In this document: piece after piece, positions 40,200 through 51,927 of the stretch
Layout: each line of letters starts with the position of its first letter
Numbering within the stretch: position 1 is the first letter of the stretch
From: Eimeria praecox
Lineage: Eukaryota
Direction of reading: 5' to 3'
Assembly (NCBI GenBank): GCA_963920595.1
Contig: OY986949.1
Location: forward strand, 1,054,001 to 1,118,000
Length of the DNA stretch: 64,000 nt
Notes under the pieces: generated by a model
The model's database searches: none
The model's input: the letters and a program-made list of their open reading frames with translations, nothing else
What the model was told of the DNA's origin: nothing
Made by a program: the position numbers and the translations under genes

Positions 40200-43100
40200 T
40201 TATTCCCTGGTCTGTAAGAAAAAAAACTATGACAGAACTGAGAAAAACTAAAACAAGGGAAGCTGACGATAGAGCACTGTCTCGAGAAGTATCATTGGTG
40301 AGCAGAAGTCAGCTATAAACTCGGCACACCTATGTCACTACTTTATAGTGAAACTGTCCCCAGGAGGCGGGCCACCGGAAGGGAGCTTGGCCGCTGAGAT
40401 AGAAGTTAAGGGATGAAATGGTGGAAGGGGTGGACCGCGCCGAGCTTATTCAACACTTCGACGTCAACAGCAGAATAAAACACCACTTCAAGCGCCACAA
40501 CGGAGAAGGACAGAAAAGGTTTGGAAAGAACCTAGGCATAAAGCTTCTGGAATTTGGGGATATGAATACCCGGCCCACCGAAAGAGCAAACAGCAGCAGC
40601 CGCCAGCAGCCGGTGAATTCGTCATTCCAAAGGTTGGAGGGTGTGTACCGAGAAGTGCACATGCTTCTTTTGCAATAGACAGTGGCACATACTCCCTTCG
40701 TGAGCGCGCAACAAAGGAGCTAAGAAATGAGAGAGCTCAGGTTTGAGTAGCGCCACCAGAAGAACAAAACGAACGATCATGGGAACGTCGCCGTTTTCCC
40801 CACGCAACGCGCGGCGCAGTGATGGCATCGAAAGAGGTGATAGCTGCACCCGGATATTTTCCTCGAGTCAATTCAGTGCTAATTTCAACTGGTGTTGATG
40901 GTCGAGAGTTGATACGCTACTTACTTAGCACAGCCTGAGAAGTACATCTGATACCTGTGCCTACTGCAAGGGGATGCAACTTAACAGTACACTGGCGCAG
41001 TTTGTGCGACGTTATTCTACCGCTGGCAAACAGGAGGCAAATACCAAAAACACTCAGCTAAAAATGTGAGCTCAGCCCAGAAGCTGGCCGTATTTCCGTG
41101 ATACGGGAATTTTTCGTTAGATAGTTTCAACACAAGCTAATCTCATGGAGGCCGGGGGTGACTCAATGGAAGGCGCTCATACTGCTCCCAGGTGATATCA
41201 CAAAGGCTAGTGTGGGGGGGAAGCAGTGAACGAGTACACCTCTCAGCGCGTCCAACTTTATTTGAATCCTACACGATGATAGGAGTGGAATTGGTGTTCC
41301 AAGGCAAAATGTGGGAGCAGTCTCCTACGCATCGCAGACGGACTGCTGGCAGCGGCGAAAGCATGTATTCCGCTAAGATGGTTTTACAAAGAATACTGCT
41401 GGGGAAAGCTGGACCGGGGTAACATCCGGAGCAAAGAAAACGTAAACATAGGTGAAGCGCACTCTACGTAGGAAGGAGATTCGCGTATTCAGAAAGCCTT
41501 CTGGGAGCCCTATGCACACCGTCAAACTTACTTACGGTGCAACCCTAAGATGGTTTTCGATGTATAGGCGGCCCTTGCAGCCTATACATATGAAAAGGAA
41601 GTAGAATAGCAGACAGAAGAACTGCTAAAAAAAGGCAAAGTTCAACTGTCAACAAGCGCGGCTGGATAGTATCTAGTGCTAACGGAGACAGAGGTCGCGA
41701 GAAAGCGCATGTGTGTCGACTTCAAGTAAAACAGCACCAAAGAAAAATTGCTGCTGAGCTAGAAACCTTCTTGGTCGCTTGAAGAGTTTATGTGTTTATT
41801 TGGTATTTGACTCCGCTGACAATTTCCGTGCAGATCCTAGTACATCCTGAGGGCACGCACAGGGATGCGTTTCATACCTGAGAACTAGCGTACAACTGTA
41901 TGTATGCTCTTTGGATAAGTGACTGCGCCTGCCGAGCCGTATGAACAGACAGGCCAGTATCTCTCTGGCCAACTCAGTGAAGGATGGATTGTTAAGTACA
42001 CTGACAACCTGATTCTTTTTAGTTGGAATGCCCAGGAGCCCTTGCAAAACCTGAGCCTTGCTCTGTAACTGGTAAGTAAGCAGCACAGGATTATTTTGGT
42101 TTTGTTCCTGAGCCTTTCGTATCTTTGCAGCAGGTGTAGAATATAATTTGGCAAAGATAGAAGTCACTGGGCCTTGGCTGATTCCCCTGTACCGTCGCAC
42201 GTGTGGCCAAACATGTCTCGGGCTCGCATGGTACTACTCCAGCTACACCTCCGGAATAGCATAAACCGCCGGCCGTTGTAAATATCTACTTAAAAGGAAC
42301 TCAGTTGAACAGAGACTCAAAAAGAAGCCGCCAGAAGCCTCGACAGGGTAAGCGACTATGCCCTCACCTGATATCGCCTCCCATACTAGTTCCCTGATTT
42401 CGGCAAGCCCTTCTTCCTAACAACCAATGGCAGGGACACAGTGGTGAAGATGAATCCCTCTCAGCAAGGCAGCCACTCAAAAAAGCACCATGTAACAGCG
42501 GGTTACTCGCAGCATTTAGCGGGAAAGGAACAGAAGTAGCATGGGAGTGGGACAGTGCTCTACGGGATCCACGGGGTTAAAATGTTGGCTGCATTTCCTT
42601 CATCGCTGCTGCTTCACCGTTCAAACAGACCTTCAATCCCCGATTAACCTGAGAACGGGTTCTAAAAGTTTGGCCAATGGAAGATTCGTTTGTTGGCTTT
42701 CTCGGTGCACGCAGTTCGACTTGACAGTCAAATGTATCAACGGTGTCAGCACATTCGTGTCTGACACACTCTCCCGATTCCCTACCTGTCAGGCACTGTG
42801 TTTCCCAACTGCTCCTTTCTCCGATGAGTTGGGTAGGGCCCTCTCCTCCTAAATGCGCCTTCGTTTAAATCACCCACAGCTACCGTCCCCATGGAGTCTG
42901 ATTTCGCGTTTATGGTTCAGAGCATTTAGGGTTTGAAAGGGTTCAGGATCCCATGCTCGACCCCACCACAGTGGTGGATTAAAGAGCTGGTCTACATCGC
43001 CGGTCTTCTCCTAGCATGGAGATGCCACCACACCTTCCATGCGATTTTTTTCAATTGACTTGCTGAATATTGCTTGACCCCTCCTTACAAATGGCAGCAA

Positions 43101-43400
43101 TATCATTCCTAAAAGAAGCCGCTGGGGGGGACTGTGACCTTGAACATGCAAGCAACGACGTGCAAATGCTACGGTATACGAGAAAATTGCGTTTAATGCT
43201 GGGATACCGATAAGCCGAATGGCTTGTCTGATGATTGCTTGTGCAGAACAATACTTCGAGAAGATCCTCTCTCGCCCTTGAACTCAGCAACGTCGATTGC
43301 AGCTTAGGCGCGCACACACTGCAACACACGGTTGAACAGCGTATAACATTTTGCAGGCAATTGCTCTTCCACGAGTATAGATGTACTCATATCTTTTTAT
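40200..43400 (+). mobile_element. Degenerate Ty3/Gypsy LTR-retrotransposon pol relic (reverse transcriptase + RNase H); boundaries approximate
   Basis: Same-frame RT motifs RMCVDFK* (41706), MLFG*VTAPA (41904, cf. MPFGLxNAPA) and GWIVKYTDNLILFS (41982, cf. VYLDDILIFS). RNase H motifs PDFGKPFFLTT (42393) and LKCWLHFL...FTVQTD...RFVCWL...QFDLTVKCINGVSTFVSDTLSR (42575-42780). Stops and frameshifts occur throughout. It lies in a CAG-poor block at about 39000-44200. Confidence 0.85.
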
Positions 43401-44177
43401 CTAAGTGCTTGCCAGCTCTAACAATTTTCTTGCAGCGGTCTAGGTCTTTCCCCCTATCTCTAGCTATCTCGGTGCTACTGACGACAACTCCTGCACTTTC
43501 CATGCTTCAGATGCTTGTACCTTACGGAAGCCTCTCTAGTGCTGTTCATAAGCGGTTAAGTGCATATTTTTTTTTCTAATGCTTGGATGCCCTTAGTACA
43601 AGGGAAGCCCCGAACAAGGCGCTCGACAAGCAAGGCGCGCTTGGCTCTTGGGTTGACTACTACCCACGTGCCTGTGGGGCTATCAGCGCCCAAATTCAAA
43701 TCTGCAGCAACAATGTTATGTGCAAGTAACATCAGCAAGTACCTATCGTCTCTGTAATCCGCCAGCTCTCTGCAAAAGGAGCTCAGTACAGCATGCTCAT
43801 GGTTGCTGAAGGGGCTGAGTAGGTATTTAACAATCTTCTAGTTTCTTAGTACGTGCAACCCAAACTAGCTTGGATATATACCAGGGTGCTTTGTAGCGTT
43901 GCAGTAAGAGTTGCAGCAAAGAGCGTTGCTAGCGACGACAGCCCCAGCCACCAGTTGCAGGTCGTTGCTGTATCCTATGCAGGAAGCATGCGGGACTGGG
44001 GTGAGCAAGTCAGCAACTTGGGATGGATTTCTTATGTTACGTCTCTCACGTAACATAAGAAACCCATCTCTTACTTGATCTCATTCGTTTCTTTCAAAGA
44101 CTGTCTGCAAATATCAAAGCCTCTGTCTGAAGACCGCCACCCACGCGGTTAACAACCATCTACGGTGTCGGTTAATT

Positions 44178-44221
<44 letters not shown>

Positions 44222-44327
44222 GAGAGCTATCAGGCAGGGTTTTATGTGGATGTACTTAACAGCAGGAAATGCAGCTAATAACCCTGCAACTCATATGAGG
44301 GGTGTCTTCTTACACTCAGCATCCCCA

Positions 44328-44398
<71 letters not shown>

Positions 44399-44413
44399 TA
44401 ATGCGGCGAAGGC

Positions 44414-44468
<55 letters not shown>

Positions 44469-45349
44469 TATACCTATACATATACTAATGCGGCGAAGGC
44501 AGATAGAGATTGAGGGGGGGGGCGGGACACAGCTAGGGTAAGGGGGAGTATGTCATAAGGTTTGGGGTATTGTTTCTTCGATTTTCTTCTGTGAATCTCA
44601 ACACATGAGGGTTTTGTGCTAGCGTCTAAGAGTTGTTTTAAGGCGCTACATATATGTTTATGAGGGGGAGGGTGTTCTGTTGCTTGTATGGGGTATTTCT
44701 TAAATAAAATGTACTGTTGGTATGATATAAATAATAAAATATTATTTTTTTTTAATATATTATGAATAAAAATAATAAAGAAATGTGCTTTCGTTGGGGT
44801 GTACAGACAGCTGCTGAAGAAGCACTGCTGCAGCAGCAACGCATGCAAGTACACCGGCCAGAAGAGGGGAGGGGGCTGTAGAGAGTAGTAAGGGTGTACA
44901 TCTGTTGTTGCTGTTGTTGTTTGCAACACTAGCTGTTCTTCTTTATTAAATAATACATTATATCTTCTTATTTATAGCTTCAGTAGAGTAGCAGCAGCTC
45001 AAGCAGCAGAGGGAGAGCCATACCCTGTTATTATTGTAGGCATACTCCTACAAAAACTTAGACAGGTTCTCTTGCAGCTTGAGGGGGCGTTGCTATCGTC
45101 CTATCTTCTCTTTTTATTGTTTTAATTTTAATTTTATTGCACATTAAATTGAAATAAAATATCTACAGCAGCAGCAGCAGCAGCAGCACCAAACACACAA
45201 CGTGTGTGGGTGGCTCTATGGCTGCTGTATCCTTGACTTGAGGTGTATGTACACGGCTGCTAGTATTTTGTATTCGAATACAAGTTTGCTGCTGCAGTTT
45301 TAAACTACTACTAGCAGCAGCAGTAACAGCAGCAGCAGCAGCAGCAACA

Positions 45350-45387
<38 letters not shown>

Positions 45388-45449
45388 TGCACGGTAGGCT
45401 TATGATATAGGCAGGAAGCCGCTATCTCTTCTGTTGCTGCTGCTGTAGA

Positions 45450-45539
45450 ATGAGCGAAACAGACGGACAGCAGCGAATGTCGCTGCTTGTTAGAAACCTC
45501 AGCTATCAAACCAGCCCAGAGGTGGGGCTCCTTCCTCTT

Positions 45540-45582
<43 letters not shown>

Positions 45583-45710
45583 TTGCTGCTGCCTTCTTCT
45601 CTCTCTTTTATAGATAGTGCTCTCTCATCTCTTGTTGTATTCTCCTTATTTGTATATTCAGGTGGATATGCTATTTGTTTGTCCTTGCAATCTCTTCCTC
45701 TACTTCTTCG

Positions 45711-45772
<62 letters not shown>

Positions 45773-48157
45773 TTTTATATTTATTTCTTTTCTGTTTAGA
45801 GATTGCTGATTGTCTCTGTCTTCGTATTCTATCATTTGTCTTTCTCCTCTTATCTCTCTCTCTCTCTCTCTGTATATATATATATATATATATATGAGAC
45901 GAGTTATTTTTATTTGTTTAGACTTTGTTGCTGCTGCATCTGCTGCTGTATCTTCTGCTGCTCTTCCCGTGCTGTATCTTCTGCTGCTGCTGCTGTGTGT
46001 GTGTAGTGTTGTCTCTGTCTCCTTCTCCTCCTTCCTCTCGTTTCTTTTGCTGCTGCGTCTTCTTTACAACTATTTCATTCTCTCTGCTGCTGCATTTGCT
46101 GCTGCTGCTGCTGCACTTGCTGCTGCTGCTGCTGCACCTGTTGCTGCTGCTTCTTCTTCTTGCTGCTGCTGCTGTTTCTTAACTTGTTGCTGCTGCTGCT
46201 GCTGTCTCTTAACTTGTTGCTGCTGCTGCTTCTCCACCTCTTGTTGTTGCTGTTTCTTTCTTTCTTTCTTTCTTTCTTCTTCTTCTTCTTCTTCTTCTTC
46301 TTCTTCTTCTTCTTCTTCTTCTTCTTCTTCTTCTTCTTCTTCTTCTTCTTCTTCTTCTTCTTCTTCTCCTGCTCCTCCTTCCTCTTCTCTTTCTCCTCCT
46401 TCTTTTTCGTGTTGTTTATTAATTGTTTTAATTGTATCTCTTCAATTGTTTGTGTGTACAGGCAGTTCGTAGTGCGTTTGCAGTGTATGGGTCTGTGAAG
46501 GATGTATATCTTCCTCTCGATTATCATAGTCGATTACCTCGGGGGTTTGGTTTTGTTGAATTCTGGCATCGAGAAGATGCAGAGAGAGCGTTGGAGAAGA
46601 TGGATGGATATGAGTTAGACGGAAAGGCGATTGAAGTTGCAATTGCAAAGAAAGGAAGATCAGCGCCACAACAAATGGTGAGATAGAGATAGAGATAGAT
46701 TGGAGACAGAGAGAGGGAGAGAGATTAGAGGGAGAGAGGGAGACAGAGAGAGATTAGAGGGAGAGAGGGAGAGAGAGAGGGAGAGGGGTTAGAGGGAGGG
46801 AGAGAGATTAGAGGGAGAGAGAGAAAGAGATTAGAGAGAGAGATTAGAGGGAGAGAGAGGGGGGGAAGGGGGATTAGAGGGGGATTAGAGGGAGAGAGAG
46901 GGAGAGTGAGAGAGAGGGAGAGTGAGAGAGAGGGAGGAGAGAGAGAGGGAGAGAGAGAAAGAGGGAGAGAGAGAGAGAGGAGAGAGAGGAGGGAGAGAGA
47001 GAGGAAGGAGAGAGAGAGGGAGAGAGAGAAAGAGGGAGAGGGAGAGAGAGAGAGAGGGGAGAGGGATGGGGGGGGGAGGGTTGCTTCATTCGTTGGCTTG
47101 GCGTTGTCTTAGTGTGCTTTTATGTTTGTTGTTTTATTGCTGCTGCTGCTGCTGTCTTTCATGTTGGTGGTGGTGCTGCTGCTGTTGTTGTCTTTCATGT
47201 TGCTGCTGCTGCTGCTCTTTCATGTTGCTGCTGCTGCTGCTGCTCTTCCATGTTGCTGCTGCTGCTGCTGTGTTTTATGTTGCTGCTGCTGCTTGTGCTG
47301 CTGTCTTTCATGTTGCTGCTGCTGCAGAAGCAGAGAGATGAGAGAGTGCGGAGGGAAGCATCTCCGAGAGGGCGTCGCTATGAGGACGACCGCAGATATC
47401 CCCGCATGGAGTCGCCGTAGGGTTTAGGGTTTAGGGTTTAGGGTTTAGGGTTTAGGGTTTAGGGTTAGGGGCCTCTGTGTTTTATTATGTGTGGAGGGTT
47501 TAGAGAAGGGTTGCGTTGGGAGGGGGTTAGGGTTTGAATGCTAATGCGAATTTAGGGTTTAGGGTTTAGGGTTTAGGGTTTGAGGTGTATGCTACGTTAT
47601 AGCACCCCAAGGGCTTAGGGTTTAGGGTTTAGGGTTTAGGGTTTGTTGTCTGCAGTCCTCGACGAGGGAGATACGGCAGCAGGGAGAGAGGAGGCCGTGA
47701 TTTCAGAGACAGAGGAGGTTGGTGGGGGGCGTATGATAGGAGAGACAGAGAGAGAGACAGAGACAGAGAGAGAGACAGAGACAGAGAAGATAGTGGGTAT
47801 TGCCATAGAGGAGGCTCTTACAGAGAAGAATATAGAGAGGCGCGAAGACGCGGGTATGTTGCTGCTGCTGCTGTTGCTGCTGCCGCTATTGCTGCTGCTG
47901 CTGGTGTTGTTGTTGTTGTTGTTGGGGGGGGGGGGGGGGGGGGGGGGTGCTGCTGTTGTTGTTAGGGGTGCTATTGCTGCTGCTGCTGCTGGTTTTTGGT
48001 TTGCTTGCGGGCGGGGATTCATTTGATGGTGTTGTTCTGTGTTGCTGCTGCTGCGTGCTGCTGCTGTTGCTGCTGTTGCTGCTGCTGCTGCAGCAGGAGC
48101 CGCAGCCGCAGCCGTTCGCCGCGGCGGTCTCCTTCTTACAGCGGAGACTCACGTTAA
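45450..48157 (+). CDS. SR-family splicing factor (single RRM + RS/RD domain; SC35/SCL/SRSF10-like), 5 exons
   Basis: Exons 45450-45521, 46462-46677, 47328-47416, 47656-47853 and 48094/48097-48157. They give MSLLVRNL (RNP2)...GSVKDVYLPLDYHSRLPRGFGFVEF (RNP1)...DAERALEKMDGYELDGKAIEVAIAK, then an RD/RE-rich region and an RSRSRSPRRSPS tail. Confidence 0.92.
46250..46370. repeat. (TTC)n tract in intron 1 of the SR gene
   Basis: About 30 TTC units. Confidence 0.95.
46682..47080. repeat. GA-rich purine tract in intron 2 of the SR gene
   Basis: Directly visible. Confidence 0.9.
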
Positions 48158-48431
48158 TCTTAATGGAGCTGCTAGGTGGCAGCTTCTGCTGCTGCTGCTG
48201 CTCTGGCCCTTGGATGGGCTTGGATCCTTAGACTTGTTAAGATGAGGAACGAAAATAAGAAAGGGAGAGAAACGAAGAAGATAATAATATAATATAAAAC
48301 AAATTAAAAAGAATAAAGACACACGAGCCCTGCATGCAAGAGGCTGTAGGGGCCCGGGGCGCGATGGCTTGGGGAGAGGGAAGCTGCTGCTGCAGTCGCT
48401 GCAGCAGCAGCAACAGCAACAGCAGCAGCAA

Positions 48432-48463
<32 letters not shown>

Positions 48464-49433
48464 GCAGCTCGGACGAGCCCTTTTTGCTGCCGCTCATATG
48501 GCCCTCGCATGCGCTGAAGAGAAGCTGCAGCGGGGGGAGGAAGAGACAGTGGGTGGAGTCTAAGGGAGAGAGACAAGACAAGACAACTGCTGCTGCAGTT
48601 GCCGTTGCTGCTGCTGCTGCTGCTGCTGCGGGTCTTCCTGCTGCAGCTTCCACCGCCGCATTCCCCATATACTGCTGCAGCGGTGCTGCTGCTGCTGCTG
48701 CTGCTGCAGCAGCAGCAGCAGCAGCAGTTTGTGGGGCGGGAGGAGGAGGCTCCTAGAGGCGTAGTTCTTGACGGATTTGCAGCGGCGGCACCGAACGCAG
48801 CAGCAGCTGCTGCTCTTGCTGCTGTTGCTGCTGCTGCTGCTGCTGCGTAGGGTGTGGGTCTACAGCTTGCTGAAGGGAAAATGTCGGGGGGTTGGTCTGC
48901 GGGTGAAGTAGGTTGCTAGTGATACGAGTAGCTAGCTAGCTAGCTAGCTAGCTAGCTACTTGCGGCCTAGCTAGCTAGCTAGCTGGGCATGCAGTTGGGT
49001 AGCTAGTTAGTTGGCTGGTTAGCTAGTCAGCTAGCCAAGTGGCTAGCTAGTCAATTAGCTAGCTGGCTGGTTAGCTAGCTAGCTAGCTAGCTAGCTAGGG
49101 CCTGCAGAGGTTGGTTGGTGCTTGGTTCCCCCTCAGTAAGCATGCTTTCGTCTGCTTCGTCCTCGGGGTTTTTAATTTGTTTTCTCTTCGGAGTCAATGA
49201 ACGAACGAAGACTGTTTGAGGCGCCCTCTATCATCTCCGGGAGTATATCGCGCTCACCCCATCCTTACTTGTAGCTAGCTAGCTAGCTAGCTGGTCAGGT
49301 AGCTAGACAGCAGAGTAGACAGCTAGCTAGCTACTTAGTTAGACAGCTAGCTAGCTAGCTATGTAGCTAGCTACCTACCTAGCTAAATAGGTAGAAGGCC
49401 GCATGGAGTATCTCTTCGGTAGCGTAGCGTTCG

Positions 49434-49447
49434 GGTGTACGTACACC
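49434..49447. promoter_or_regulatory. Perfect 14-bp palindrome GGTGTACGTACACC, one member of a dispersed GGTGT-N4-ACACC family
   Basis: Related copies at 2322, 5733, 11006, 19380, 24868, 35177, 44798, 45242, 49731, 49819, 55276, 60322 and 62841. A regulatory role is inferred only. Confidence 0.4.
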
Positions 49448-49581
49448 TGAATGGCGTTCAACTGCTGCTGCTGCTGCAACTGTTGCTGCTATTGCTATTG
49501 CTGCTGCTGCAGAAACTGTTGCTGCCTCCTTTATCCCGTCTGTTCTACCGAGAGGTAACGGGGCTATAAACTGCCTATGAG

Positions 49582-49618
<37 letters not shown>

Positions 49619-50603
49619 TTTCTTACAACATTTGTTGTTTCTTGCTGTTTACTACTTAAATAGAGAAGACTCAATCAATCTACAGTTATCTCAGCTATAG
49701 ACAGACAGCTGCTAAGTATAGCACAGATGGAGTGTACATACACCGCAACGAAGGTATAAAACAACTCTAAAATTCGCTCTATCTTTTCTATTTCGATTCT
49801 TCTTGAAGCTGAAGCTGAGGTGTATGTACACCTGGCGTCGAATCTGCAATCCCTCAAGAGATGGAGGAAAGAAGGAAGCCATTATTGGTCTTTGATAGTA
49901 AAAAAGATATAAAACTTAAATATTATTGAATTAGGATATAAATAAATATTATTTTTCTTTTTTTTATACGTGATCGCCTACAATTTAGCCTGGGCCGCCG
50001 TCGTTTCTGCGGTGTATGGTCAGATAATAATATATACGATTTCTGAGATTGAGGCGATAAATAGTTTATTAAATTTGCAGATTCAAGTTTATTTTCATGA
50101 AGAATATTTTTCTATTTGTTTTTTTATTGTTTCTTTTCTAATTTATTTGTATATTCAAGTTCAACAGCACCGGATTCCGCCGAGCAGGCTTCTCTGTCTC
50201 AGTGCTTTTCGATTTTATTTGTTTTTTTATTGATTAATTGTATATTTAATTCATTCTTTTCAGCATTTTACCATTTACAAACACAAACTTGTTCCCTGAA
50301 AGAGGCAAGAGTGGGCCCACAGCCCGCGGGGGCCCCCGTCATCAGTCTGCAGCCAGCGTAGCAGTTTGCGTGTATTCGAGTTAGGATTTCAAATAAAATT
50401 TATATTTTAGTTATCTTCTGTTTATTATTGGCTCAAATAAATCATAAAATTATCTCTAGGTGACAAGTATTTATTAAACAGGAGCTGCTGCTGCTGCTGC
50501 AGGTGTAGCTGCAGCAGCAAACACCAACACTAAGCAGCTGCAGCAGACACAGCACAAAGCCGACCACTCAGCGGCTTCCCTAGTAGCAGCAGCTTGTCAC
50601 CGT

Positions 50604-50636
<33 letters not shown>

Positions 50637-50880
50637 GAGCAGCAGCCGCAGCAGCAACAACAACAGTAGCAAAGCAACTCCAACACGAACACCACCAGCA
50701 GCAACAACAGCAGCAACAGCAGCAACACCAGCAACACCAGCAACACCAGCAACACCAGCAACAGCAGTAACAGCAGCAGCAACAGCGACAGCATCAGCAA
50801 CAGCAGCAACAGCAGCAGCAACAGCAGCAACAGCAGCAACAGCAACATCAGCAACAGCAGCAACAGCAGCAGCATCGAGA

Positions 50881-51033
50881 ATGGCGGCCCCTCAGGTGCT
50901 GCGTGACTTAACTCCTCTGTTCTTTCGATTCAAAGCAGAAGCGAAGGAGAAAAGATTAAGATTTAGTAAACCGTCGATCTGCATACCGAGCCCCAGCAAC
51001 AGAAACGCCACGAGTAAGCAGCTACCAACAACC

Positions 51034-51085
<52 letters not shown>

Positions 51086-51108
51086 AAGTAGCAGGAGCAG
51101 AAGCAACG

Positions 51109-51141
<33 letters not shown>

Positions 51142-51205
51142 GCAGCAGAAGCAGCATCAGCGTACAGCAGAAACAACAGCAGCAACAACAGCAGCAGCAG
51201 CAACA

Positions 51206-51237
<32 letters not shown>

Positions 51238-51671
51238 AAGGTGTTCCTTATATTAATCTATTATTATAATTTGTTTTGCTGCTGCAGGGCAGCAGCGGCT
51301 GCTGTCTTTTCAAGCAGACGATGAAGAAATGGGGATACCTACTCACCAACTCCCTCCTCGATGGGTTCGTTGTTGTACCTAGGGTTTAGGGTTTAGGGTT
51401 TAGGGTTTAGGGTTTAGGGTTTAGGGTTTAGGGTTTAGGGTTTTGAGTGTATGCTTTGGCTGCAGGTAGATGCGCTTGAGGAGCTTCATGACGACCTTGC
51501 ACACATAAAGGAAACGAGTCGGTTAGAGAACAACTTAGGGTTTAGGGTTTAGGGTTTAGGGTTTAGGGTTTAGGGTTTAGGGTTAAGGGTGATGTAGAGG
51601 GGGATGGCGTACTTCGTGGCTTCACAATAATATGCTGTTCTGAGCAGCGGCAGCTGCTGAATCAGGCGTTC

Positions 51672-51702
<31 letters not shown>

Positions 51703-51882
51703 TGCTGTTGCTGCTCTTGTTGTTATTGCTGCTGCTCCTCCTGTTGCTGCTGCTGCTGCTGTTGTGGTTATTGCTGCTGCTGCTGCTCTTGTTGTCATTC
51801 GTGCTGCTGCTGCTCTTGTTGTTATTGCTGGTGCTGCTTCTGCTCTTATTGTTATTGCTGCTGCTGCTGCTCTTATTGTTAT

Positions 51883-51927
<45 letters not shown>

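Noticed and set aside
39240..44056. Short ORFs in the repeat-poor block as host genes, or an intact element with paired LTRs
   Set aside because: The ORFs are fragments or antisense frames of the decayed element, and I could not identify LTR pairs, a primer-binding site or target-site duplications by eye.
44330..44510. Duplicated CTAATGCGGCGAAGGCAGATA between (TA)n runs
   Set aside because: This is most simply a local slippage duplication, with no evidence of function.
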